DNA of 63,975 nucleotides, counting the filler, from Octopus bimaculoides (Eukaryota): the NCBI RefSeq assembly GCF_001194135.2. It is 8 parts of 7 records of this genome, joined end to end, with 100 filler letters (N's around TTAATTAATTAA, not from the genome) between each part and the next. Parts side by side here need not be neighbours in the genome. Positions count along the whole stretch, not along the records: positions 1 to 2,912 come from NC_068987.1; positions 3,013 to 11,348 come from NC_068988.1; positions 11,449 to 22,255 come from NC_069002.1; 5 more parts are not named here. One strand, written 5' to 3'. This document shows, in pieces, positions 1 through 11,687 of the stretch. The position numbers were made by a program, and so were the translations under genes. Each line of letters begins with the position of its first letter. Position 1 is the first letter of the stretch. The notes below the pieces were generated by a model. The model was not told the origin of the DNA, ran no database searches, and was given only the letters and a program-made list of their open reading frames with translations.

Positions 1-898
1 GCTTAACATCCCTTACAACTATGCAGTATCTACAAACATCTATAAGAAGTTTATGGATATCTTACAACAAAATTTCGACCCTAATCATAGATATTATAAA
101 ATCATCTCTCAACACACAATCCGTATCTCATACTCTACTCTCCCCAATATAGGATCTATTATCAATAAGTTAAATACAAAAAAAAACATTGAACTAGCTA
201 GAACCCTTGAAAATAAAAATTGTCTTATTATTGATAACTATACAAATAACTACCAAACTATTAATAACACCAACGCAACCAATAATCATGCACATGTTAA
301 TGAACATATTAATACTTCAACTGTTAACATAGTTGATGAGATAAATCTTCCTAGCTCAAACAATATTAATTGCATATCTAATAATACAACCAGCAATATC
401 GGTGTAACTAATTTAGATACTTGTATCAATAATCAACATAGCAATATATATATAGCTAATAAGGCCCTTAATTGCAATTGTAGAATTAAAGCCCAGTGTT
501 CGGTATCTGGCCGTTGTTTAACCCGTAATGTAGTCTATAAATGTATAGTAACTACTCCAACTAATAATTACATTTATGTTGGTTGCACAATCAACCTTAA
601 ACAACGATTATATAACCATTTGTCTTCATTTAGACTTAAACATACAGCCAATAGCACATCATTATCTAATAAAATTTGGGAATTGAAGGAAAATGGTATC
701 GATTTTGATATTAAATGGGAAATCGTCAGGAGAGTACAAACTTATAGAAATAGTAGATATGGCTGTGGACTGTTCTCTATAGAAATATACAAAATGTTTA
801 AACTTAAGGATAATCCTAGTCTAATTAACAATAGATCTGACCTTAGGGTTCTATGTGTGCATTGTTACTCCCGCACCTTTAAATATTTTAAAATGTAA
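1..898 (+). mobile_element. Penelope-like retroelement (Naiad-like), C-terminal thumb plus GIY-YIG endonuclease, open frame running in from the window edge
   Basis: Frame open from position 2 (LNIPYNYAVSTNIYKKF) through IRISYSTLPN, CNCR-x4-C-x4-C, VVY...YVG, KQRLYNHLSSF, IWELK, INNRSDL...CVH. Clade assignment is inferred from the motif pattern. Confidence 0.9.
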
Positions 899-2012
899 AT
901 ATTTTTAAAAAAAGAAAATCTTGCTAAAATTTTTAATTTAGATTCTCTCATTTCCCTGACTAATAACTATATTATTTGAGTTATAACTTTTAATATATAC
1001 TTAGAATACATTTTAAGCTTTCCTAACCCACTGATAGTATTCCTACATTTTCTCTAGGTTAATCTGAGTCTCTTCTATCTATCAATTTTTCGAAAACCTT
1101 AGCTTTAATTCTCTTAATTTAGTCCTGTCTTTCTAACTTTATTCCTCTCCCTTTTTTCCTCTTCCTTCTTCCCCCCTTTCTTTTTGTTTGGATTTAATAT
1201 TATAGTTTTACTCATAAATAATACTACCCCACATTAATTTATNNNNNNNNNNNNNNNNNNNNNNNNNNNNNNNNNNNNNNNNNNNNNNNNNNNNNNNNNN
1301 NNNNNNNNNNNNNNNNNNNNNNNNNNNNNNNNNNNNNNNNNNATATATGCTTAATGAAAGTATTAATAGTGAAACTATAGAAACTGAATATATTACCTCA
1401 CATTACAATAGAGATGTTTTTGTTTCATTTATGACAGGTAATACTGAACTAGTGCAAGAGATAAGAAATTGGTCTGGGATAGCATAAGCCAAAAAGTCCA
1501 TAATACAGTTAAAGAATCTGAAAATTCAATGTACATATATATTAAATTTCCCATAAGACCTGAAATAGACATTTATCGGGCAGAATTTTTCGCTGCATAT
1601 TCCGCTCACATAACGCGATTTGAATGCAGGCTCATCGATCATGTCCATGAAAGGCATGTCGCCTGTTGCATCAAGAATCACTTAAGTCACTCTCTTATAC
1701 TCAGAAAAAACCGGCATAGATATTTGAACAAAATACATTTAGATCAAGGCAGTTATGTTAATTAAATAATACAGAAAGATCAGTCGCATTTTGATGTATC
1801 TGTGATAGACAACGTATAATATTTGGTTAGCATCTTCCAGTATAAAATTAGATCTTATAAGATTACTGAATTATAATGTTATGCACACGTTTATATATAT
1901 ACATTTATGTTCAAGAGCAAAACAGGAGTTAAACAATAGAACAGTAACATGAAATGACTGATATGACGGATCTAAAATACATCCCATGTATAAAAATACA
2001 CATGTGTATATA

Positions 2013-2421
2013 TCTTATTGTTTATGCTTTACTTGTGCCAGTGATAGGAATATGGCTGTGCTGGAGCATCTCCTTGAAGAATTCTTAATCGAAGGAATTA
2101 ATCACACGACTTTTTTTTAAAGCCGTGTACTTATTCTATCATTTTGTTTTGCTGAACCACTAATTTACGACACTCAAACACACCGATTATTAAGCAGTGG
2201 TGGAGACAAATGCAAATAGCAACAATAACACGCATACACACGCACGCACGCGAACACACTGATACAGATGCGACTGTATCCTTTCAGTTCTCGTTCATGA
2301 AAACAACTCACATGTTTTTGGTCAAACCAAGGCTATAGTAGAAGAAACTTGCCGAAGATGGCACGCAGTAGAGCTGAACCCTGAGCCATGTGGCTTGGAA
2401 GCAAGTTTCTTACCACACAAC
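2013..2421 (-). mobile_element. tRNA-derived SINE, family A, diverged near-full copy
   Basis: Reverse complement matches the copies at 33942 and 53460 (head, CTTCTACTATAGCC core, GCTCCAGCA tail). Confidence 0.8.
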
Positions 2422-3050
2422 TAATTCAATACAAATGAATACATAAAAGACATGGATAAAAACTGTGTCCAAATCCTATGGTTCTAAATCTTTCAAGCGG
2501 TTGTTATAGAACTATGTTAGTATGGAGATTGCAAATCTGTAACGAAAATCTACAACGAATGTGAATGCATTTAACAATCCTCTGTGCTGTTAGACGGCTT
2601 AATATAGTTTTTCTCAAGCGAGAAGTAACAGAATATTCACAAGAAAAAGAAATATAACAATAGATGTTAAAATATTCGAAATGTAAGAATTTATCTAATT
2701 TAAGTTCTTAAAAGACATTTATATTAACCAATAATTTAGAAGAGTGTGAATTTGGTGGTCAAAACTAATCAAATACACGCGGAAAAATTAATGTTTCCAA
2801 ATTGTGTATTACTTAATTAACAAGGGTTTCAATGGAAGCAACTGATGATAAATTACTAAAGTTGACAGAGAGAAAAGTACTAATTAAATATACGCATGCA
2901 AACACGCGCATANNNNNNNNNNNNNNNNNNNNNNNNNNNNNNNNNNNNNNNNNNNNTTAATTAATTAANNNNNNNNNNNNNNNNNNNNNNNNNNNNNNNN
3001 NNNNNNNNNNNNATATATATATATTGACCAATGTTTAATTTTGATTTCAG

Positions 3051-3214
3051 TCCAGATACGTTTTTTATCGCTAAAAATACTATCATTCAGGACTGCGACA
3101 AGAACACTGGCTGGATGGTCATTGGATATAATGCTGCTTGCAGTTGGGCCCCAAACGATACTATTCCATATATGATATATTCAGACAAACCATATATGAC
3201 TAAATGGGCGGAAG
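3051..3214 (+). CDS. Internal coding exon of an uncharacterised invertebrate protein (PDTFFIAKNTIIQDCDKNTGWMVIGYNAACSWAPNDTIPYMIYSDKPYMTKWAE)
   Basis: Acceptor ttttgatttcag at 3050 and donor G|gtaagg at 3214; open frame; phase-compatible with the exon at 4303. Confidence 0.8.
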
Positions 3215-4302
3215 GTAAGGATTTTCAAATATCAAATTCAATTTTACTAGCAAACTACCTTCTAACATTTGTTTTAGTAAGAGACTTGTATGATGTTAGA
3301 TAACTGCAATAAAAGAATTCTTGTAGTTCGAATGCTAATAATTAAACACATTTTTTTTTTAACGAATTGATATTTATTGAATAATGGATCATCCGTCAAT
3401 TTCGATGGTGAGCATTCAGTTTTCCGATGATTGCTGAACGATGGCGTCCAGCATTCATCGAACGTCCAACTCGTTGAATATAAGTTTATGTAGCCGAATA
3501 TTCCAAAGGCACACATGTTCTTTGCGAAATTCTTTAAGTAGAATCAGTTTGATACAGTTTGTGACAAGGCCAGGTCTTTGAATTGTTAGGTACATTCCGT
3601 TTGATTGGTTTTCGCATAATTTTCGTCTACCCTATTTCAATCAATTGAATTAGGTCGACTTTAGTGTATAGACTTTTGCGCAAATTGCCACGACCACGAC
3701 CCCTATTCGTGAAAGGAACTCCTTAACCATTCAGCAATGCTTTCGCCCACCATAGGTTATAAAGACATGGTATTTTTTATTCAAAAGAATTATAGATTCT
3801 TTCACCACTGGATAGTATTCTAACAATTTATATCAGACCAAGAACTTGGGCGGTTCGCTATTATTTGAAGAAAAAAAAAAAACGATTACTTTATTTAGAT
3901 AGATTCTCTAATCAATATAATATTTTTAAAATATACAAAATTATAAACCCATTGTTTGGTGTCTTGATTATGTTAATTTCGATCATACTTTTGATATTCT
4001 TGCATAAATTTGAATCTACATTCGGCCACAGAACCAGACTTTTTCTCAGGAAAGCTATCAACAAATAGAACATATTTTTGGAATATATTCAATGTTAAAA
4101 TATATGAGCAAATCAAGCTGATTGGAAAATGAACAACATGTTATGACAAAGTCTGTTTTATGCTTGTAGTTTACAAAACTGAATTTTAACGTTTTCAGCA
4201 AGGCTCTCCTCATACAGATTTATAATCCTTATTAACTGAATTGCTTATGACAAATCTTACACTAATTTCACTGGATTCTAGTTTTTACCTTTCTCATTGT
4301 AG

Positions 4303-4367
4303 GTTATGGGACAGCAGATGTAATCGGTGTATTTATATCGCTGATACCAGATCGTCCGTTAGATTAG
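4303..4367 (+). CDS. Terminal coding exon (GYGTADVIGVFISLIPDRPLD*) of the same gene
   Basis: Acceptor ctttctcattgtag at 4302; G|GT completes Gly in the correct phase; TAG 4365-4367; ATTAAA at 4393-4398. Confidence 0.75.
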
Positions 4368-4585
4368 TGAACATAGAACCCATCTCCTGTATATTAAACC
4401 TATTTTCTTCATCTTTGGTCGAAGAGAAAAAAAAGGCAATTAATTGCCAGGAAAATTTATTTTGTCTTACGAATGAATATTGGACTGTATGAAAATGCTA
4501 ATCCTCATTATAAATCTAGATTAAATCTACCGTATTTGATGGCATAAAAGACGCACGGGTATATGTAATATAAATCCAACTTAGT

Positions 4586-4800
4586 GAGGGCGAGCTGTCA
4601 GAATCGATAGGGCGCAGGGCAAAATGCTTAGTGGCATTTCATCCATCTTCACATTCTGAGTTCAAATTCCGCCGAGGTCGACTTTGACTTTCATCCTTTC
4701 GGGGTCGATAAAATAAGTACCAGTTGAACACTGGGATCGATGTAATCGATCTTCCCCTCCCTCTAAATTGCTGGCCCTGTGCCAACATTTTGAAACCAAT
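4586..4800 (+). mobile_element. tRNA-derived SINE, family B (Meta-domain-like core)
   Basis: GGCGAGCTG..AGAATCG head, GTTCAAATTCC B-box-like, core GTCGACTTTG.CTTTCATCCTTTCGGGGTCGATAAAATAAGTACCAG. Confidence 0.85.
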
Positions 4801-5631
4801 ATTCGCCCACTTTGGCATATAGGATCCAAGATAATTTTCTGGGAGGTTTTTTTTTTTTCGGAAGAAAGTGCGCCTTCCATGCTGTCAACTACGGTAATTA
4901 AATTTGTCTTCTTTCTATAGATTATTAAATGTTAGCTACTTTTGCAGTACCTGTACAGTACTTGCATAGCGTTTATATTCTTTAAACTACCTTTCATATT
5001 GTGGAAATAAAACTTTAGAATGTGAGTATTTTCTTGAATATTAGAATTAAAGAATATTGTACGTATTTGTGTAGAGAAGCGACTCGACAAAGCTGCGGCT
5101 ATTTTCCAGCACCTGAAACCCTGTATGACCCAACTCCTGTATCAACCTAAGCGCTGAATTCCGTCTTTTTACATCCATCGCCATGCTGACAATAATGGAC
5201 TATGTCTGTGAGACGTGAATAAAGACCAGCAGAATCTTTATTTATAGAACTGCAGATTTCTTCCCCAGATGTTGCTTTAGGTCTCTAGCGTAGACCCAGG
5301 TGAAATTCATCTCTCCCATTTATTATATATACGTGCATTCGAACGCAGCAGGGCACAGCTAGCTTTTGGCCGCTATTTGGATCACGTTGCGTCCACTATT
5401 TTGATTGGTTGGTATTGGCGAAATTTGTCTCCTACTCGGTTGTGCCAACTCGCTGCGAACAACCAGTCAGAGGTTCTAAATAGGATCACGTGGGAAGCAC
5501 AATTGCACATACATTTAACTCACTCACCTTACATCATTTTCGTACCAAGGAAAAATGGCCTTGTTTTATTTAAAAACAACGGCCATTCAACACGCATGGA
5601 GTTGGGCTTTTTTAACTACTCTTCTCTCCCT

Positions 5632-5678
<47 letters not shown>

Positions 5679-6122
5679 ATTTGCCGCTATCGGCCCGGCG
5701 ATAAATTAGAAGCGTGTTCGACTATGAACGAAGAAGCATGACTTCTCTCTCTTTTACTATTTTAATACACACACACACACGCATATTATTAACTTACTTG
5801 GAAATGGATGCGTGGCGTTCAATTATATAATAATATAAATAAAAAATATATATATATTTATTCATATATATNNNNNNNNNNNNNNNNNNNNNNNNNNNNN
5901 NNNNNNNNNNNNNNNNNNNNNNNNNNNNNNNNNNNNNNNNNNNNNNNNNNNNNNNNNNNNNNNNNNNNNNNNNNNNNNNNNNNNNNNNNNNNNNNNNNNN
6001 NNNNNNNNNNNNNNNNNNNNNNNNNNNNNNNNNNNNNNNNNNNNNNNNNNNNNNNNNNNNNNNNNNNNNTATATATATATAATACACACATATATATATA
6101 TATACATATATATATTTATTTA

Positions 6123-6159
<37 letters not shown>

Positions 6160-6161
<2 letters not shown>

Positions 6162-6345
6162 GTGCAGGACGTCACAAAACGTAAACGACATGAAATACGA
6201 AGACAAACTTGGGTATGCAAACAACGAAAGAATCAAATGAAAAACAAGACAAGTAGCATAAAGAACGATCCTTCCTCAGTTGTCAGCTGTCCATCTACTC
6301 CTCATTTCGGGCATAAATACTCGAAACACACACACACAATGAAAT
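6160..6345 (-). repeat. PLE terminal-repeat-like fragment with a relic of the permuted hammerhead
   Basis: Minus strand GCCC-GAA-ATGAGGAGTA-gatggacagct-GACAA-CTGAGGA-AGG is colinear with the 37927 and 38625 motifs. Confidence 0.6.
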
Positions 6346-6394
6346 CTATTTGCCAACGTAAATTGGCAGTTCTGATTAGGAAGATGTTACTACC

Positions 6395-6590
6395 TTCCTT
6401 TAGCATCAGGAAAACATCTTTTCCAACTGGCTATCGACCCACAACTGCATCCTTATATCTCGAACAAGGGAGCTAATATCCTGACTCGGCCTTAAACGGC
6501 ACCTGTGGTCCATTGTTTCTGGGTTATTTCTCTTCATCGGCATAGGATAACTACAGATGGCAGCACTAGGCCTTGCTCGAGGCATATACT
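6395..6590 (+). repeat. Dispersed repeat, same family as 32895-33660
   Basis: Shares CCTTATAT.TCGAACAAGGGAG and TTTCTGGGTTATTTCTCTTCATC with the 33 kb copies. Confidence 0.75.
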
Positions 6591-6719
6591 CAAGTGAAGT
6601 TTTTAGAACTCCTACCTTGGCCATTTATTCCATTCACTTACAAGCAGTCTATAATTCAAAATAAAATAATTAACCGAATTTTATATTGAAAACTCTATTT
6701 ATCAAAAATATGCGCAAGA

Positions 6720-7150
6720 TAAACACACAGACAGAGAGTGAGAGGGAGAGAGAGACAGAGGGGAAGAAGAGATATGAAGAAGAGAGAGAGGAAGAAGTGA
6801 GAGAGAGGAAAAAGTGAGAGAGAGAGAGAGAGAGAGAGGAAGAAGAGGGATAGGACGAAGAGGGATAGGAAGAAGAGGGATAGGAAGAAGAGGGATAGGA
6901 AGAATTGAGAGAGAAAGAGGTGAGAAAGAGTAAGAAGAGTGACAGGAAGAAGAGAGAGAGGAAGAAGAGAGATAGGGGGAAGAGGGATAGGAAGAAGTGA
7001 GAGAGGAAGAGGTGAGAAAGAGTAAGAAGAGTGACAGGAAGAAGAGAGAGAGGAGAAGAGAGATAGGGGGAAGAGGGAGAGGTAGAAGTGACAGAGAGGA
7101 AGAAGAGAGAGAAGAAGAAGATAGAGAGAAAGAAGAAGAGACAGAGAGAT
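6720..7150 (+). repeat. Polypurine GA-rich cryptic repeat with 15-bp (AGAAGAGGGATAGGA) and about 90-bp internal duplications
   Basis: Direct inspection of the sequence. Confidence 0.85.
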
Positions 7151-7329
7151 ACTACAACTATTTAACTGAATATGTTTGACTATCCCTCTCCTCATACACA
7201 AACATACAGGCATGCGCACGCGCACTCTCTCTCCCCTCTCTCTCTCTCTTTCACATACACACTCACACACACTCACACTCACACACACACACACACGATG
7301 GAATCTCGCGTGGAAGACGATACATGAGT

Positions 7330-7568
7330 GCTTTCCTGAACGACCTGAACGGTTGATTTGTTTCCAGTGATCAAATGTGTTGGCAGACTCCCTCCATGGA
7401 ACCGATATATTGCCTGTACAGGTGCACAAAGTGTCACAGGACGAAATGATTGCAGAGCAACGTGAACTGAAGGGTTTGGCTCAAGAGAACAACACACCAC
7501 TCGCTCCGAGAATCGAACCTAAGATCTAACGATCGTATGTACCGCACACTCACTACTAGGCCACACGC
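7330..7568 (-). mobile_element. tRNA-headed SINE (family D), head abutting the gap
   Basis: Minus strand GCGTGTGGCCTAGTAGTGAG (A-box-like) ... GGTTCGATTCTC (B-box) followed by a SINE-type body. Confidence 0.7.
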
Positions 7569-8779
7569 NNNNNNNNNNNNNNNNNNNNNNNNNNNNNNNN
7601 NNNNNNNNNNNNNNNNNNNNNNNNNNNNNNNNNNNNNNNNNNNNNNNNNNNNNNNNNNNNNNNNNNNNNNNNNNNNNNNNNNNNNNNNNNNNNNNNNNNN
7701 NNNNNNNNNNNNNNNNNNNNNNNNNNNNNNNNNNNNNNNNNNNNNNNNNNNNNNNNNNNNNNNNNNNNNNNNNNNNNNNNNNNNNNNNNNNNNNNNNNNN
7801 NNNNNNNNNNNNNNNNNNNNNNNNNNNNNNNNNNNNNNNNNNNNNNNNNNNNNNNNNNNNNNNNNNNNNNNNNNNNNNNNNNNNNNNNNNNNNNNNNNNN
7901 NNNNNNNNNNNNNNNNNNNNNNNNNNNNNNNNNNNNNNNNNNNNNNNNNNNNNNNNNNNNNNNNNNNNNNNNNNNNNNNNNNNNNNNNNNNNNNNNNNNN
8001 NNNNNGTTTGGTTGGCTCCCATTTCTAACGACGACTCGGTGACAGTCTCCTTCTTACAATTAATTAAATAGTATTTCAGTTAATTAACTTTCTACTATCT
8101 CCAGACAGTAATATGTATCGCGAACGCAAACGCATACTTACTACGCAGACACATATATATTACCTTCATTTGCCCTGTCTCTCCCACTTTAGATAAAGCG
8201 TACCATTCACTTACAGTGAATACGTTGATAATACCAACAGACCAAGTTGCTTGGTCTACTCGCTTTTCTCTTCTCTCTCATTTCTGCTTTTAATTACGAA
8301 AAATTAAAAGAAAAGAAAGGAAATGCAAAACTGTCTACAACGTTGACTTTAACAGTAAAATTCGCACGTTTCGATCTCTTCTGGTTCGATCTCTTCAAGT
8401 TAATAAAGGCGTCATTTAGATTATTTTATTATTTTCTACAGGACCAATCTTGGTGTACATTTCCCAGCTCTACTTCATTATTGCTTTTGATTTTAGCCTG
8501 TAGGGAAGTGGTTATACACCATTAGGTGTACTCCGCTTCCGTACATTAAATTTCTCGAAGAAACAACGGAACACAGATTCTGAACTATCAGCACAACAAT
8601 ATTTATTACAATAGAATTCGGCAGCACTTCGCCCTTTGGTTACTGAGACGCCGTCAATGATGTTGCGTGGTTATTTGTGTAGCTCCAGAGTTGGAATGTT
8701 GGAGAGAGGCTGCTACGACGTCTAGGCCCTTCGTCGGCCAGGGTGAAAGAGAATAAAAAGAAGCGCGAAAGCTTGGATG

Positions 8780-8930
8780 TCGATGACTACGCATGCGCAT
8801 GAGACTCTTCCTGTATTCCTTCCGGAGCTAGTCCCTGCGCATGCGTGGATAAACTTTCCGGAAATGTCGTCTGCTATTAAGGCGTCACTACAAGCCCAAC
8901 AGGCCACCCTACAACCTTATGATTGGTCGA
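8780..8930. promoter_or_regulatory. CpG-enriched promoter-like motif cluster
   Basis: Two GCGCATGCG NRF1-type motifs (about 8789 and 8836), TTCCGGA ETS-like sites (8819, 8856), TGATTGG CCAAT box (8920). Function is inferred. Confidence 0.4.
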
Positions 8931-8969
8931 GGAGAGGATTAGAAAATCAAACAAACATGGATATTCACG

Positions 8970-10578
8970 ATAATAACAGATATGGAACCGAAAAATGAGT
9001 TGTGCAAAGGAATACGGAGGAGGCTGGAAGCTGCTACGAACGCAGTCAGAGGTGTAAAACAATTGGATGTAGGATTGAAGATCCGTCAAGGTAAGAAGTG
9101 TTTGAAGAAGTCGAATCAATGTCATTTGACCGTGAAACTCGAAGCAAATAATCCCAGGAAATCAAACTGCTGTGGATCGATAAATGCTTCAGCTGGAGCT
9201 CTTTCAAAGTCTTTAGGTGAAGATGCCTCTTTGCCAGAAAAGAGAAGAAGAAACCAAATGGTTTTGCGCCCAGCTGCAAATGAGAAGGCTCGTTATAAAA
9301 CTTACGAAGAGAGTGTGCCAAAGGAGCCCTAAAATGGAGGGGACAGATCAAAACAAACCGAAAGAGCTCGCAAGCACGGTCTATGAGACAGGTGTTGAGT
9401 CATTAGTAGTAAAGGCGGGTGGTACGAAGTAAGCAGCTGTTAAGTTGAGAGAAGAATTTACGGAAGCAGTGAAAACAGGCCAAACTCGGAGAGAATCCTG
9501 TATGAAATTCTAAATAAAAGGTGTCGTAATATGCAAATGAATATCAGGTGTGTTAAAAGAAAAAGAAAGAAGAGTAAACGGATGAGAAAGATATTCCTTA
9601 AAAATCTGATGAAACTATTTGCAGAGGCTAACTAGATGGACATATTACTCATAGCGAGATCCGTCGCCACCGTTTGAAACTCCCAACAAAGTCAGGAATT
9701 AAATTTTAGTTCGGTGTTTGCCGAAATAAAATAAATTGCTCAGAGAAGAAAGCAAGAGCGATGAGTGCACCTGGAGGTGATGGTGTACCATATAAAGTGT
9801 ACAATAATTTGCAAATATTTCTGGCTGGGCAGGATGAACTAATTACTTGGTCAAGGATGCAATTGAAAGCAAAAACGTTATGCAGTCTGACGTTTGTCGA
9901 AAGTTGGCAGAACCAAGAGAAGTTCAAAATAAGAGGAGAAACCATGCGAATTATTAAAGACAAACCTGTAAAAAGTTTAGGACAATGGTATGCCGATTCG
10001 TCGTTCGATAAGTGTAAAAGCGTTAAGATTACAGCGCAAAACGAAGATGGATTAAAGCAATCGATAAGTGGAATCTACCTGGCAAATACAGTATTTGGTG
10101 TTTGCAGTTTGATCTATAGTTCCATCTGGCGTGACCCCTGCTCAGATACGAAGTAGCACTGTCTTGAATAGCGATCACGGAGCAAAAATGCAGTATTTAC
10201 ATCAGGAAATTAGCTTTGTCTGTCTCGAACGGTTAACAGTTCAGCGCTACATCGAAAGAGAGGCTCTCTTCTTCAACTACCTATAGCATCAGTTGCTGAG
10301 ATCTAGAAAACTGGAAAGATGCTGAAAGAGTCTGATGACGTAGAAATAAGAAACTATCTTCCAGATGTGAAAACTTCACGGAAACGTAACGCAGAGAGAG
10401 AGAAACTGAAGACATTATAGCATCACTTGGACATCTGGATATAATGGGAGCAATTCAAAGTGACCGGAAAGGTATTGGTTGTTGTGTATTTAAACAATTT
10501 TCAACGATGAAATAGAGGGAGCGTAAAATCGCTGCTAGGAGGACCAGGTTAAAGCTAGAGAAGCAGAGAAAAGAGAAC
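8970..10578 (+). mobile_element. Hero-clade (R2-superfamily, RLE-type) non-LTR retrotransposon, decayed and internally deleted
   Basis: GLKIRQGKKC, PAANEKARYKTYEE, SAPGGDGVPYKVY, WSRMQLK, KPVKSLGQWY, YEVALS, LQLPIASV, GAIQSDRKGIG are colinear with Hero ORFs; the RT core is absent. Confidence 0.75.
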
Positions 10579-10579
10579 T

Positions 10580-11335
10580 GCAGAGGAAAAAAACTGTGAA
10601 AAAAACTGAAATAATAAGTATGCCGACGGCAGAAAAACTTGTCGAACGAGCAAAAAAGATTAATTTTGCAGCTACGGCTGGAGTGAAAAAAGAAAAAACT
10701 ATGTATTGACAAAAATGAACTAATGCAGCACTAAAACATGTTTGCAAAGGAGGGATACGACGTAAAAACCACCCTCCCGAGTGAAATTATAGTAGAAACG
10801 GCAAAAAAATTAGTCGTATTTAAAACTCTTGTTGTAAAAGAAAAGAAACTAGACAAAGCACCAAAAAGAAGCTTTAGAAAAATGCCTACAGCCGATCTGG
10901 CAGGACATAGAATACCTGATCAGAGGCAAACGCTTTGCCACGGTAGTAGTGTATTTCAAAAGTGAAGAGAAAGCAAAAACACATTCAGTACAACCTTTGA
11001 GAACCACGGACATTGTATTGCTGTCAACATACTTAGGCAGGCGCACGTCGAAGATCACGATAGAAGAGATGCCGCCAGAAATAAACGTATCATGGCTACT
11101 CCCAGCCCTACTATTAGGGATAGAAGAAGAAATAATGATATTAGAGGACTCAAAAATACACCAGCAAAACTGGAAGGAGAAAGGCCTCGAGGTCATTATC
11201 CAAGCGGCGCCACAGACCCTGAAAATGATCGTAGAAAACATACACCTCCGAGAAGAAACCACCTTACGGATAATGGTGGAGGGGAGAAGACCCCGGTTCT
11301 TCGAATGTGGAGAGAAAGGCCATGTATGTGTATAT
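10580..11335 (+). mobile_element. LINE ORF1 (gag-like) remnant ending in a degenerate CCHC knuckle
   Basis: ORF 10949-11335 ends VEGRRPRFFECGEKGHV (expected C-x2-C-x4-H, first Cys mutated); frameshifted upstream. Confidence 0.6.
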
Positions 11336-11448
11336 ATGTGTATATATANNNNNNNNNNNNNNNNNNNNNNNNNNNNNNNNNNNNNNNNNNNNTTAATTAA
11401 TTAANNNNNNNNNNNNNNNNNNNNNNNNNNNNNNNNNNNNNNNNNNNN

Positions 11449-11606
11449 GTTTACGTCCCCGTAACTTAGCGGTTCGGTAAAAGAGACCGATAGAATAAGT
11501 ACTAGGCTTCCAAAGAACAAGTCCTGGGGTCGATTTGTTCGACTAAAGGCGGTGCTCCAGCATGGTCGCAGTCAAATGACTGAAACAAGTAAAAGAGTAA
11601 AAGAGA
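11449..11606 (+). mobile_element. SINE family A, 3' half after a gap
   Basis: TTTACGTCCCCGTAACTTAGCGGTTCGG ... GAAACAAGTAAAAGAGTAAAAGA. Confidence 0.9.
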
Positions 11607-11687
11607 GAGAGTATACACATAATTGTATTTACATAGATATGCATATAAACCAAATAAAAACACAATGGAAGAGTTAATCAGATCTTT

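Noticed and set aside
1348-1385. Hammerhead-like CTTAATGA..GAAACTATAG downstream of the first PLE
   Set aside because: Three core changes are needed and the 5' flank is a gap; at best a relic.
1438-1900. Possible upstream exons of the host gene (GNTELVQEIRNWSGIA at 1438; IKAVMLIK...WLASSSI at 1743)
   Set aside because: They follow AG sites and vaguely fit the expected domain, but contain in-frame stops, need several frameshifts and lack good donors.
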